Origin: Candidatus Daviesbacteria bacterium
GTDB taxonomy: Bacteria > Patescibacteriota > Microgenomatia > Daviesbacterales > UBA10151
Reading direction: 5' to 3'
Length of the DNA stretch: 64,000 nucleotides
Assembly: GCA_016184225.1 (NCBI GenBank)
Contig: JACPDA010000004.1
Span: 70,800 to 134,799, forward strand
The position numbers and the translations under genes were made by a program. The notes under the pieces were generated by a model. That model did no database searches, was not told the origin of the DNA, and saw only the letters and a list, made by a program, of their open reading frames with translations. Shown piece by piece: positions 1-9,791 of the stretch; position 1 is the stretch's first letter; each line of letters opens with the position of its first letter.

Positions 1-20
1 GCTACAGTTCCAAATTTTGA

Positions 21-57
21 TTGCAAGACACCCGCTCTACCGTTGAGCTACGGGCCT
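21..57 (-). tRNA. 5' half of a tRNA, interrupted or incomplete; isotype uncertain
   Basis: Minus strand reads AGGCCCG-TA-GCTC-AACGGTA-GAGC-G-GGTGT-CTTGCAA, followed by non-tRNA sequence instead of the 3' anticodon stem ACACC; the rest lies outside the window. Confidence 0.6.
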
Positions 58-108
58 GTGATTGGAATTATAGCAAAATCGAGATTAGGATACTACGATA
101 TTAAGATA

Positions 109-486
109 TTAGGAGTTTTTAGATAATTCGCTGGTCTTGCGAATTAAACCACCAAGCAATAAATGAACTCTCTCGGTTTGCGGCCAGACTTTATCTAAGA
201 CAGATTGATTTATTAAACCCACTTTAAGCGCATCAAGTAATTCACTCTGGACTTCGCTAAGAGAACCCCTAGCATCATAATAGAATCGCAAACGATCCTT
301 ATAGTGAAACCTACTAAATCCTTCAGCTATATTAGCAGTAATAGAAACTACTGCTCTCCGAAGTTGCGAGGTTAAACCGTAAACTTCTGATTTCGGGAAT
401 CTATTAGTCAGCTTATAGACTAAATCAACCAACATGTGTGCTTCTTGCCAAGCATCCAAATCGCTGAATTTTGTAATCTTCCCCAT
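109..486 (-). CDS. four helix bundle protein (23S rRNA IVP/Avd-like family)
   Basis: Motifs F.DL.AWQ, FPKSE.YGLTSQLRRA..SI.ANIAEG, ARGSLSE. Confidence 0.9.
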   Translation of the reverse strand: MGKITKFSDLDAWQEAHMLVDLVYKLTNRFPKSEVYGLTSQLRRAVVSITANIAEGFSRFHYKDRLRFYYDARGSLSEVQSELLDALKVGLINQSVLDKVWPQTERVHLLLGGLIRKTSELSKNS

Positions 487-522
487 CTCGTAATATCCTT
501 ATATCCCAATATCCCCTATCTC

Positions 523-2868
523 TTACAATCTCGCTCTTGATGCTATGTCTCCTTCTACCTGAGTCACATCTTTGCCAAACTTAAGTCTCGACAGCTCCCT
601 GATAGCAGTACCTACTTGCGGGTTTAACATGGCCTTCCATTTTTTCATATCCTTGGTGGTATCCAGGGAAAACGGCACCACCGGTTCGCCGTTGACTATG
701 GTCTTAATATAAACATGCGGTGATTCAATGTTAACCAAATCTGCCTCGGTAAAAGTGGGTGAGAATTCATGCTGCAGGTAATTGGCATCTGTTACCCCCA
801 CCCGGAAAGCAACCAGTGTACCGACATTGCCAAATACGGCATTTTTTAAATCCTCCCCAATTTGTCCGATAAACTGATTAGCCACAATTAAGTTCAAGCG
901 GTATTTTCTGGCCTCAGATAAAATATCGGCAAAAGTATCGGTAGCAAAATTTTGAAACTCATCAACATACAAATAAAAATCCCGTCGAGATTCCATGGGG
1001 ATATCGGAGCGTGACATGGCGGCAGCTAAGATTTTTGGTACCAGGATAAGTCCTAAGAAATTGGAGTTTTCCTCCCCTATCCGGCCTTTAGATAAATTCA
1101 TAATTAGGATCTTGCCTTCATCCATAACTTTTCTAAGGTTAAAGGCAGACTTTGACTGGCCAATGATATTTCTCATCATCTTATTAGTTACAAAACGGCC
1201 GAATTTGGAAACAGTGTAGTCCAAAACTTCAGATTTGTGGAAATCCGTAGTTTGGGCGATTTGGTCTGTCCAATAACGCCTGACAACCGGGTCAGCAACT
1301 TTTGGTAGCAGTTCTTTGACAAAATCCGCATCAGTCATGATCCGGACCACTTCCACAAAAGTGGCTCCTGGATCGCTCATGGCAGTTAACATGGCATTTC
1401 TGACACCATGCTCAAATCTGGGACCGATAATTCCGGTTTTGTTGGGGTCAAACAGTTTATACATCAGGCCGATAATGGAAGCTACCACAAAGTGTTTCTG
1501 CTCCTCATTGTAGGCCTCCAGCATATTTAAGCCAAAAGGCCTGGCCATATCAGAGGGGTCAAAATAAATGACATCCTCGGCCCGGGAAGGCGGGATCAGC
1601 TGCAACATCTCCTCTGCCGCATCCCCGTGGGGATCTATAAAACATAAGCCCTTTCCGGCTAGCACATCCTGCAACATCAAGGTTTTTAAAAGCTCAGACT
1701 TACCAGTACCAGTCCGGCCGATGATATACATATGCCTTCGCCTGTCATCCTCAGCCAGATAAACCGGTCTATCCACACCCCTAAATACAGATCTTCCTAA
1801 ATAGAGACCCGATGTGGGGATTTTTTCCGGGGCCGGAGCCCGTTTGGACGAAAGCCAGCTGATGTAAGGGGTTTCTATGGATTTATTCGGAAAGTGGAAA
1901 ATAGACGCCAGCTCATCAGGAGTCAAGACCGGCACTTTCGAGTATTTCGGCATATACCGGTAAATAAAATCAGTCAAAAAACCCTTTTCCGAATAAATCT
2001 TGGCACCGGTAAACTGATTATAGGGGCCGGATAATTGTTCAAAACCAGCCTTGATATTTGCCAGGTGCGCCTTGGCAGATTCTTTAGAAGTACTGGAAAC
2101 GGCAATTCTAACCACCGCCTCAAAGCCTGACCTGGCCAGTTTCCCTTCAACTGCCTCCAACTCCTTAGCATCCGGAGGAGCTTTGGGATTTTTTTCATCC
2201 CCCGGCTCTTTTTGCTTTTTTAGCCATTTCTTCCCTGTCTCCTGCCAGTTGCCGGCTGCTGGGGAAATAATCAGCTGAATAGCTGCCCCTTCGTTAAACT
2301 GCATCTTAGCCAAGGCTGAAGTCATGGCAGAAAGAGGATCTGTTGGCAAATCACGGAAGGTTTTAATTGGGAAATGGTCAGCCTGCTTTAATTTAAGCTG
2401 GGCATAGGCCGTTTCACCGGTTTCGGAAAAGATATTATATTCAGATACTTCTTTGATTTCAGCATCCGGGTAGGCGCCGTGAATTTGTTTTTCGATCAAA
2501 TCCTGATGGGATTTATGGACTGAGACGAAAAATCTGATTGACTCATGCAAAGCTACAATCTCAAAAGATAAATGCGGCTGCGGCGTAAACACCCCAAACA
2601 ACCCACCTGATTTTCGAAGTGAAGCTAAAGTAGCAAACAATTGTTCGGCCACATCAATTTTAATCTCGTTACCCCGGGGCACTTTTATTTGCAAAAGCAC
2701 ATATTGCAAGGAAAGTTTTTCCCTATCCCGGTATTTAATCCAGCCTATGAAATATTTTTTTAACAGAAAAAATAAGCCCACCAGTACCCCGAGAGCCGCC
2801 AAAACTCCAATGATGGCTACAATCAGGCTATCAAAATTTGTTCCTGTAGTAGTTTGTGTAACTTCCAT
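523..2868 (-). CDS. VirD4/TrwB-like type IV coupling ATPase (CPR type)
   Basis: N-terminal TM; RRHMYIIGRTGTGKS Walker A, IDPHGD, LYVDEFQNF Walker B, SEARKYRL. Confidence 0.85.
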   Translation of the reverse strand: MEVTQTTTGTNFDSLIVAIIGVLAALGVLVGLFFLLKKYFIGWIKYRDREKLSLQYVLLQIKVPRGNEIKIDVAEQLFATLASLRKSGGLFGVFTPQPHLSFEIVALHESIRFFVSVHKSHQDLIEKQIHGAYPDAEIKEVSEYNIFSETGETAYAQLKLKQADHFPIKTFRDLPTDPLSAMTSALAKMQFNEGAAIQLIISPAAGNWQETGKKWLKKQKEPGDEKNPKAPPDAKELEAVEGKLARSGFEAVVRIAVSSTSKESAKAHLANIKAGFEQLSGPYNQFTGAKIYSEKGFLTDFIYRYMPKYSKVPVLTPDELASIFHFPNKSIETPYISWLSSKRAPAPEKIPTSGLYLGRSVFRGVDRPVYLAEDDRRRHMYIIGRTGTGKSELLKTLMLQDVLAGKGLCFIDPHGDAAEEMLQLIPPSRAEDVIYFDPSDMARPFGLNMLEAYNEEQKHFVVASIIGLMYKLFDPNKTGIIGPRFEHGVRNAMLTAMSDPGATFVEVVRIMTDADFVKELLPKVADPVVRRYWTDQIAQTTDFHKSEVLDYTVSKFGRFVTNKMMRNIIGQSKSAFNLRKVMDEGKILIMNLSKGRIGEENSNFLGLILVPKILAAAMSRSDIPMESRRDFYLYVDEFQNFATDTFADILSEARKYRLNLIVANQFIGQIGEDLKNAVFGNVGTLVAFRVGVTDANYLQHEFSPTFTEADLVNIESPHVYIKTIVNGEPVVPFSLDTTKDMKKWKAMLNPQVGTAIRELSRLKFGKDVTQVEGDIASRARL

Positions 2869-2873
2869 AATTT

Positions 2874-3254
2874 TTAGGCTGCTTTTCTAAATAGCCTCCC
2901 TTTTAGCATTGAAATTGGTGTTCTTCCTTGTGCAGTTCGAATGTGAGTTGTGTCATTGGTGCCGCCAAACACTTCCTGAATCGTGCTTCCTACTGTATGA
3001 GTAACATCTGCCAATTTAATATCTGGTTCTGCGCCTACCCTTTCGGCTCTAGCCTGCTTTAAGGCTTGGCTGTCTGGGATGGGTTGGGTAGCATGGGGAG
3101 TTGCTTCATTTGTTGTGAAAGAAGGACCTATTTTCTTCTGGACATGTTGCACCACACGCTCTCTCCATTTTCTTTCCTGCGTCGGCAGATGCACAATCTT
3201 AGCGTTTTCTCCAGTTGGTATGCTTTGAATTTCTGTGGGAGCAGGTCCTGCCAT
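2874..3254 (-). CDS. hypothetical protein
   Basis: 126 aa ORF co-oriented with and 5 nt from the virD4-like gene. Confidence 0.6.
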   Translation of the reverse strand: MAGPAPTEIQSIPTGENAKIVHLPTQERKWRERVVQHVQKKIGPSFTTNEATPHATQPIPDSQALKQARAERVGAEPDIKLADVTHTVGSTIQEVFGGTNDTTHIRTAQGRTPISMLKGRLFRKAA

Positions 3255-3277
3255 AACAGTATTATCTCACATTCTGA

Positions 3278-3583
3278 CTACCGGACAAATATCACCTTAC
3301 CGATAATCTCCGACTGATCAATCAGACCGAAGTTCCTGCTGTCAGTACTATACCTTGCATTATCACCTATCAAATATACTTTATTACCCTCCACTTTCTG
3401 AATTCTTTTGACTATTTCACTTTGCACTTTGAACTTTGCACTTTGCACTATTACCATATCCCCTTTTTTTGGTTTGGAAAAAATATATGCCCAGTTAAAA
3501 CACAACACGTCCTGACCGGATCTTAGGGTTGGAAACATACTGTTACCATGAATCGTAAATCTCTGAATAGGAAAAATATTCAT
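3278..3583 (-). CDS. sodX: nickel superoxide dismutase maturation protease (S26 family)
   Basis: GNSMFPTL, IVKRI, GDN...STDSRNFG; directly downstream of sodN; start chosen at ATG 3583. Confidence 0.85.
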   Translation of the reverse strand: MNIFPIQRFTIHGNSMFPTLRSGQDVLCFNWAYIFSKPKKGDMVIVQSAKFKVQSEIVKRIQKVEGNKVYLIGDNARYSTDSRNFGLIDQSEIIGKVIFVR

Positions 3584-3590
3584 CACCAGA

Positions 3591-4034
3591 CTATTTCTTT
3601 GTCTGCTCAAAAACTTCTGCAATTTTATCCACCGCTTCAATTAACTCCGCTGCCTTACCTTCATCCACTGTCCTTTTATTTTCAGAACAAAGCTTAGTTA
3701 CCTTCCAGACTAAATCATGCAAATTAGGAAACTTTTCTAAATGTTCAGCCTTAAAATAATCTGTCCAAAGAATTAAAATTTCTCTTTTGCAAAGTTCGGC
3801 ATGATCCTCCTTCACTCTAGTGAGTCTGGAGATTTGAGAGATAATCTTTTTTCTTTCATCAAAAGGGGGCTCGGAGACGCTTGGTTGCAACTCATTTATG
3901 AGTGAAACCATCTTTAGCACTGTCTTGGCAGCCAGTTGTGCAGCGTGGGGATCATAAATCCCGCAAGGAATATCACAATGGGCCAAAACCACTCTGGTTG
4001 GCAGAAGCCTGATTACTAACTTCATTAAATCCAT
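3591..4034 (-). CDS. sodN: nickel superoxide dismutase
   Basis: Ni-hook AHCDIPCGIYDP after a short propeptide; ILWTDYFK. Confidence 0.95.
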   Translation of the reverse strand: MDLMKLVIRLLPTRVVLAHCDIPCGIYDPHAAQLAAKTVLKMVSLINELQPSVSEPPFDERKKIISQISRLTRVKEDHAELCKREILILWTDYFKAEHLEKFPNLHDLVWKVTKLCSENKRTVDEGKAAELIEAVDKIAEVFEQTKK

Positions 4035-4049
4035 AAATCAATTATACAC

Positions 4050-5009
4050 TCACCCGCCGTTACCTTCTGTAGGCAATTTCATTGCTTCCAAGTACTCCTC
4101 GATATCAAAAGCTGCTTTACATCCCGCCCCGGCCGCTGTAACTGCCTGTCTATATCTATAATCTGCCAAATCACCTGCTATAAAAACCCCGGGAATTTTT
4201 GTCCGGGTTTCACCCTCAACAACTACATAACCTTTTTCATTTAGTTCCAGTTGTTCTTTTAAAAAATCCGTATTAGGCTTGTGGCCTATCGCCACAAAGA
4301 GTCCGTCAATTGGGAGTTCGCTAATCTGTCCGGTTTGAGTATTCTTTAACTTCACTCCGGTTACTTTTTCCTGTCCCAACACTTCTACTACCTCAGTATT
4401 CCAGACAAATTCCACATTTGGTTTTGTCTTCACCAACTCCGCCAAAACCGGTTGGGCTCTTAAAACATCTCTCCTGTGAATAATGATGACTTTTTGGCAG
4501 AGTTTAGCAAGATAATTCGCCTCCCTCATAGCAGTATCCCCTCCTCCCACTACTGCCACTACCTTACCTTTAAAGAAAAAGCCGTCACAAACAGCACAGG
4601 CAGATACACCTTTACCACGTAGTCTTTGTTCGGAATCCAATCCAAGCCACATGGCTGAAGCTCCGGTAGCGATAATCAAGCTGTCAGCTGTCAGTCGTCG
4701 GCTTTCAGACTGAATCACAAAAGGTTTAGCCTTTAAATCTACCGAGACAACATCCTCATTAATAAACCTGGTATTAAACCGTTCGGCTTGTTTTCGCATC
4801 TTGGCCATCAACTCCGGACCCTGGATGCCCTCTTCAAAACCCGGAAAGTCATCCACATCAGTAGTCAGCGTCAGTTGCCCGCCTGCTTCTCTACCGGCAA
4901 TAACTAGTGGATTTAAATTCCCACGGGCAGCGTAAATAGCAGCTGTTAAGCCTGCCGGACCAGAACCCACGATGATTAATTTCTCAACTTCAGCCTGAGA
5001 TCTGTTCAT
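4050..5009 (-). CDS. trxB: thioredoxin-disulfide reductase
   Basis: GSGPAGLTAAIYAAR, CAVCDG, VGGGDTA, YRQAVTAAG; probable start ATG 5009. Confidence 0.95.
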   Translation of the reverse strand: MNRSQAEVEKLIIVGSGPAGLTAAIYAARGNLNPLVIAGREAGGQLTLTTDVDDFPGFEEGIQGPELMAKMRKQAERFNTRFINEDVVSVDLKAKPFVIQSESRRLTADSLIIATGASAMWLGLDSEQRLRGKGVSACAVCDGFFFKGKVVAVVGGGDTAMREANYLAKLCQKVIIIHRRDVLRAQPVLAELVKTKPNVEFVWNTEVVEVLGQEKVTGVKLKNTQTGQISELPIDGLFVAIGHKPNTDFLKEQLELNEKGYVVVEGETRTKIPGVFIAGDLADYRYRQAVTAAGAGCKAAFDIEEYLEAMKLPTEGNGG

Positions 5010-5031
5010 TATATGTATTTTAACAGATGGT

Positions 5032-5340
5032 TTAATCTTCCGGTTTATCAGCACCACTTCGTCTATCACTCCCAGTTGGACTTGAGGTAGGACTCGAAGT
5101 TGGACGCGGTGAGGCGGTCCGTTGCACTGCTCCCCTTGTTGCTTCCTTGCCCGAAGGTGTAGCAGATGGACTGGCTGTTGAAGTTACTTCCGGTGTTGGT
5201 GTAACCTCCTGCACTTGCTCCTCTAGCTGAGGAGAAACAGTCGGAGCAACCCTACTTCGAAGCCATACCAAATATCCGGCGATAACCACTAACACCAGTA
5301 AAACTACTACAATTGAAACATTTCTATTCATTCTCTTCAC
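5032..5340 (-). CDS. small membrane-anchored Ser/Thr/Pro-rich protein
   Basis: N-terminal TM followed by a low-complexity PT/S tail. Confidence 0.6.
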   Translation of the reverse strand: MKRMNRNVSIVVVLLVLVVIAGYLVWLRSRVAPTVSPQLEEQVQEVTPTPEVTSTASPSATPSGKEATRGAVQRTASPRPTSSPTSSPTGSDRRSGADKPED

Positions 5341-5364
5341 CTCCCCCCGGGCATTTTCCGTATC

Positions 5365-6009
5365 TTAAACCTTTTTCACTCTTAAAATCAATATAGAAGC
5401 AAAAAGGCCTGTTGAAAGTCCCAGCAGTCCCCCGCCCAATACATCCGACAACCAATGCTCACCCAAATAAACCCTGGTTATACCCATCAATACAGCTAGC
5501 AAGATTAGGGAACAAACCATAAAAAACCGGAGGGGAATGTTCCTTGAAGAAAAAACGGCCAGGAGAACAAAAATAGTGATAATGAAAATTGTCCTGGTCA
5601 TATGGCCTGATGGATAAGAAAAATCAGTGTGGATGTAAAAAGAAGGCAGTGAAGTAGGCAGGAGGCTACGGTGGAAAAAGACCGGCGGGCCGGGATGGAA
5701 AAGAACCAGCTTTCCGAAAACTTCTGCCAGGGATGCCGGAACAATCACCAACCAGCCCGGTATTGCCAGCCAGTGCCTTCTGAGAAACGACAGAAAAGCC
5801 AATGCCGCACAAAAGCCTACTGTTACCTCGGCTGAACCCAACAAGCTAAAATAGGAAAAGATGCCGTCAAAACGGCGCGAAATATGGTCTTGCAGTTTAA
5901 CCGTGGTGTCGAAATCAATCTGCTGCCATCTTTCTTTTGCCACCGTATATGAAAAGTAGGTAAAAAGGCCAACGGAAGAGATTGCGAGCAGAAATAATTT
6001 AGTTTTCAT
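5365..6009 (-). CDS. PAP2 family phosphatase
   Basis: SYPSGH and TRVYLGEHWLSDV motifs; multiple TMs. Confidence 0.9.
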   Translation of the reverse strand: MKTKLFLLAISSVGLFTYFSYTVAKERWQQIDFDTTVKLQDHISRRFDGIFSYFSLLGSAEVTVGFCAALAFLSFLRRHWLAIPGWLVIVPASLAEVFGKLVLFHPGPPVFFHRSLLPTSLPSFYIHTDFSYPSGHMTRTIFIITIFVLLAVFSSRNIPLRFFMVCSLILLAVLMGITRVYLGEHWLSDVLGGGLLGLSTGLFASILILRVKKV

Positions 6010-6479
6010 TAATTGTTTAAAATTCTACTGGTGGAATGATTACCTATGACCTTTGTCACATAACGTAGTTTAGCCCCGCTTAGCTTAGCTGTACGCTTTT
6101 GGTGGTTCTTGTTTGCATAACCTGCTGTTAGCGCAATGGTATCAGGTCTAAATTTCTGTACTAGTTTATCATACAAGGTTTCCGACTCCATAAAAGGCAA
6201 CATCACAACGAGATCTACAAATTCCAGGGCTGATAAAACTTTAGCTCTCATCGGCTGAGAGTGGACCGGGCGGTTAGCTCCTTTTAATCTTTTGACCTTT
6301 TTATCGCTTTCTAATAAGACTACTAAATAGTCCCCTTCTGCCTTGGCTTTTTCCAAAAAAATCACATGCCCTGGGTGTAAAATATCAAAACAGCCTCCCA
6401 CCAATACAATCTTCTTGCCCTGAATTTTCAAATCTTTAACAATGCCTGTCGATTCCCTAATTGACACAATTTTTCCCAT
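6009..6479 (-). CDS. cytidylyl/adenylyltransferase (RfaE domain II/TagD-like)
   Basis: GGCFDILHPGH, LKGANRP, STS motifs. Confidence 0.85.
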   Translation of the reverse strand: MGKIVSIRESTGIVKDLKIQGKKIVLVGGCFDILHPGHVIFLEKAKAEGDYLVVLLESDKKVKRLKGANRPVHSQPMRAKVLSALEFVDLVVMLPFMESETLYDKLVQKFRPDTIALTAGYANKNHQKRTAKLSGAKLRYVTKVIGNHSTSRILNN

Positions 6480-6732
6480 CTTTCAAGTATACCAGGCTCA
6501 CCTGAATTCAAGCAAATAGGACTACTCATTCCTGCTCTTTTCCATGACCATAAGAGTCTCATTGAGGAGAATTTTGACCATGTATCAGCTGGTCCTTTTG
6601 AAAGAGCTGCAGGAGTTCCGGGTGATAGACCTATTATTGTCTGTGGAGCATATGATGCTGTTTGATGCTTATATTTCTAAAGAAGGGACTCTACCATTTA
6701 CTCCCAACCAACCAGCATTCAAACAAAAATGA

Positions 6733-7152
6733 CTACAATTCTGAAGCTAATTTGAAGCCTTTACTTTTATAGAACTTATCAAAGCTAAAAATAGCATCAG
6801 CTTTATATTCTTCTGCCACTGCTGCAACCACGCAATCAAATAAAGTATTTTTCTTACTAGAATTAGGGCTAAAATATTTTTGGGCATTAGTTAGAGTTTG
6901 TTTATTTACCTCCACCACCTGAACAGCTGGGTTAATCATTAACTCGGCAGTACCATAAGCAGTTGCTCCACTATTTAAGGCTCTTTGAATATGAGTAACA
7001 GCTTCAACAACTGCAGTCGCTGGATAAATTACATTGACTTGTGAATCAACCAATCCTTGGGCTATTTTAACCGCTTCATTATGATTTGAATCATCAGAGT
7101 TAGCTTGGGCAATGATTGCATCTGCATCCCCTACTACCAAATTATTTTTCAT
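6733..7152 (-). CDS. PIN-domain (VapC-like) toxin
   Basis: VVGDADAIIA, VVEAVT, TLFDC, FSFDK acidic PIN residues; overlaps the upstream antitoxin; start ATG 7152. Confidence 0.85.
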   Translation of the reverse strand: MKNNLVVGDADAIIAQANSDDSNHNEAVKIAQGLVDSQVNVIYPATAVVEAVTHIQRALNSGATAYGTAELMINPAVQVVEVNKQTLTNAQKYFSPNSSKKNTLFDCVVAAVAEEYKADAIFSFDKFYKSKGFKLASEL

Positions 7153-7411
7153 CCTTACTCCAATCCTTATCCCATAAATACTCATCCATTCTAGTAGAAG
7201 AATCTCTGGGACCTTTAACCCCAAACTTCTTACCTAGTTCGGCTATTTTAAGCAATACCTCAGCAGAAGCAGTTCCTTGTTGTTGCACTGTACCAATACC
7301 AGTTTCTAGGGCTTGCCTGATAACTTCTGCTTTACTTCTGTTCTGAGTTTTTGCAGTATAATCAATTTTTTTATTTAAATGCTCTGGAATGTATAAATAA
7401 GTTTTTAGCAT
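7142..7411 (-). CDS. ribbon-helix-helix (CopG-like) antitoxin
   Basis: MLKTYLYIP...SKAEVIRQAL; S.RMDEYLW tail; precedes the PIN gene. Confidence 0.8.
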   Translation of the reverse strand: MLKTYLYIPEHLNKKIDYTAKTQNRSKAEVIRQALETGIGTVQQQGTASAEVLLKIAELGKKFGVKGPRDSSTRMDEYLWDKDWSKDEK

Positions 7412-7526
7412 AAATCTATGCTAACATGTTGTATGATATGTTGTCAAGAGGTTATACTAAGACTTGTAGTGCTCTACTTAAGTTGGAGAGGCTAGGACTA
7501 GCCACATTGGAATCGGAAGAGTTGGA

Positions 7527-8621
7527 TCATGGCTGTGCAGGAATTCCTTCCTGGATCGGATGAGTTTCGGTTTTGGTTGAACCTCCTGATTTAGTTTCAA
7601 TACTGGGAGCCTTTGAAGGTATCGGAAGTGGGCGTTTTATGGTTGTTGGCGGTTCGTCATGGTGCACTATTACAGGACACCAGTCCCACCACCCTACGCC
7701 ATCGGTAAATTCTACCGAGTAAGGAATAGAATCGGGCTCATCGCGTCTTGGGCCATCAACTTTTTTTGATTTATAAGTAAAACTATTCCCATTTTGGGTT
7801 ATTTTCCTTCTATCATTGTCGGGCTTGACTAAAGTGCTCAAAGCAACCGATTTAATTTTTTGGGAAAGTGGGTCTGCTTTGATTGTAACCGTTTTTTCAT
7901 CGCCATGATTTAGAACCAAGGGATTCGGATCGCAATACGAGAAATAATCTTTTGGTGTTTCAGTTAGGTTCCAATCCTCAATCTCGCCGCTTAAAAATTC
8001 ACCGGTAGCGGTTTCATTCATTTGTTGATCTAAAGTTACTGCACCCCGAAACCAAATCTCTCTGGTATTTTTTCCAGCAGTAAATAGAACTTGGTAAAGG
8101 GCAATTTCTTCGGTTTGTTTGCTAACATCAACAGCAAAATTTTGTACTGCCCACTCAGTTCCGCATTCATCTTGGCCACCCCACCTGCCGTCCTTATTCC
8201 AATCTGCATACAAATTTAGATAGGCGGTGCCTGTCATTTTCCCCGGATTTTTAATATGCACAAAGAAGTAGGCGCTACTTTGCTTGCAAGAAGGTCCCAC
8301 AAGCTTCACCCCATCATCATTTTCATCCTTATCCACTTGTTTGGAATCTCTTTCAACAGTTACTGCTTGCCCAAGCCAGACCTCATCGGTTTTTTTAGTA
8401 CGGGCTCCATTGGAGCTAAGAAGAGAGGGGAAATTTTGTCCTTGGCTACCGTCAGGCGCATCTCCGAAGTCAAAGTCAGCCCCAACTACCTTGGGTTGTT
8501 TATCTGTAGAAAAATTTTGCTTATTTGCTATGTTTGCAGAGATAAAATACCCGACAAAACCTAAAACAAGAAGGCCTAAAACTCCAGCAACTAGTTTTTG
8601 ATTCATAACAAACTCCGTCAT
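7527..8621 (-). CDS. membrane-anchored GEVED-domain surface protein
   Basis: N-terminal TM, DFGDAPD, DWNKDG, GEIED motifs. Confidence 0.7.
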   Translation of the reverse strand: MTEFVMNQKLVAGVLGLLVLGFVGYFISANIANKQNFSTDKQPKVVGADFDFGDAPDGSQGQNFPSLLSSNGARTKKTDEVWLGQAVTVERDSKQVDKDENDDGVKLVGPSCKQSSAYFFVHIKNPGKMTGTAYLNLYADWNKDGRWGGQDECGTEWAVQNFAVDVSKQTEEIALYQVLFTAGKNTREIWFRGAVTLDQQMNETATGEFLSGEIEDWNLTETPKDYFSYCDPNPLVLNHGDEKTVTIKADPLSQKIKSVALSTLVKPDNDRRKITQNGNSFTYKSKKVDGPRRDEPDSIPYSVEFTDGVGWWDWCPVIVHHDEPPTTIKRPLPIPSKAPSIETKSGGSTKTETHPIQEGIPAQP

Positions 8622-8682
8622 ACTACCACAACTGTTTTAAGTTGACAATTTGGCTCCACTTAAGTTGGAACACCACCATCAT

Positions 8683-9552
8683 TTAACCCCCAATTTTCCA
8701 TACTCCTTTTTCCCTAAAAGCCGGAATGGTCTGGCGTTTGGCAGCATTTAATATAACCGGAGCAGGTTTGTTTTGTTTAGCTGCAAATTCAGTAGCCTCA
8801 ATAATTTTGTTTCCCTTAAGATAGGCTATCCTTTTATGCAAGGACTCCATTAGAGCAAGGGTAATTACCTCCTCCATTGTTTTGGTTTTTCTGTCATCCC
8901 GATATTCCACAAAAGACCGGTAATAAACAGCTTTCTCTTTATCACGGATAATTACTCCAGGAAACCCCAATCTATATAGTTGATAATTTATAATCACTCT
9001 GCCGATTCTGCCGTTACCGTCATTAAAAGGGTGAATTGTCTCAAATTGCAAGTGAAATTTAGAAATCTTATCTACAAAATAAGCAATCTGATCACTTGAA
9101 TGTTCAATTAAAGCCTCCTCAAGCATCCGTTCTATATGCTCCGGAGCCGGAGCAATAAAAGTGCCCACCCGCACATACTCTCCCTTTTTTCGTAATCTGC
9201 CGGCAACACTGTCGTCAATATTTCCAATTAACATTTGATGAAGCAACAAAATAATCTCTTTAGAAAGTTCTTCTGAAGATTTACCCCGGATATATTCCAT
9301 TACCCGAGCCAGATTCTTAGCTTCAAATACTTCACGCAAACTGACATTTTTCGATACCTCCATCTCTAGAAGTATCTTCTCTGTTTCTTTTAAAGTAAGG
9401 GTGGAGTTTTCTATGGCATTGGAATTGTAAACACTTTCCGGGATTTCCACTTCATCAATAATTTTAAGCAAAGACTGCTTACCAAGCTTTAAACGGTCAT
9501 ACTCTTTTTTCAGAATTTCTATTCTCTTTTGAAGGTGGAGTGGCGTTGGCAT
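8683..9552 (-). CDS. Fic family protein with C-terminal HTH-like domain
   Basis: HPFNDGNGRIGR Fic motif; SNAIEN inhibitory-helix-like motif. Confidence 0.9.
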   Translation of the reverse strand: MPTPLHLQKRIEILKKEYDRLKLGKQSLLKIIDEVEIPESVYNSNAIENSTLTLKETEKILLEMEVSKNVSLREVFEAKNLARVMEYIRGKSSEELSKEIILLLHQMLIGNIDDSVAGRLRKKGEYVRVGTFIAPAPEHIERMLEEALIEHSSDQIAYFVDKISKFHLQFETIHPFNDGNGRIGRVIINYQLYRLGFPGVIIRDKEKAVYYRSFVEYRDDRKTKTMEEVITLALMESLHKRIAYLKGNKIIEATEFAAKQNKPAPVILNAAKRQTIPAFREKGVWKIGG

Positions 9553-9569
9553 AACACGTGTATTATAGC

Positions 9570-9632
9570 AAATTCACGTTATTTTGTCAATTTACCGTGA
9601 ATTTAGTGCCATTTACACTATAAATTCACGGT
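9570..9632. promoter_or_regulatory. putative operator of the Fic gene
   Basis: AAATTCACG (9570) and CGTGAATTT (9596) form an inverted repeat over the promoter; a third AAATTCACG lies at 9622. Confidence 0.5.
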
Positions 9633-9791
9633 ATTTATGAATCCTAATTGGCTCGAGAATCGTAACACTAATATAACCAAGCAATTGTCTCATATTTTCA
9701 AAGCTTTCTCTGACTTTAGGCTGGTAGCTCAGATTCGAGAGGAGATTGAAAAACTGGAGACGAGTATCGCTCTGGTCAATTCGTAGAATAT

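Noticed and set aside
995-2278. Antisense ORFs within virD4, and similar ones within rpoD, dnaG, virB4 and dnaA
   Set aside because: Fully overlapped by well-supported genes and lacking motifs of their own
6544-6732. 62-aa + strand ORF
   Set aside because: No recognisable motif; it lies just inside the outermost junction and is probably a gene remnant
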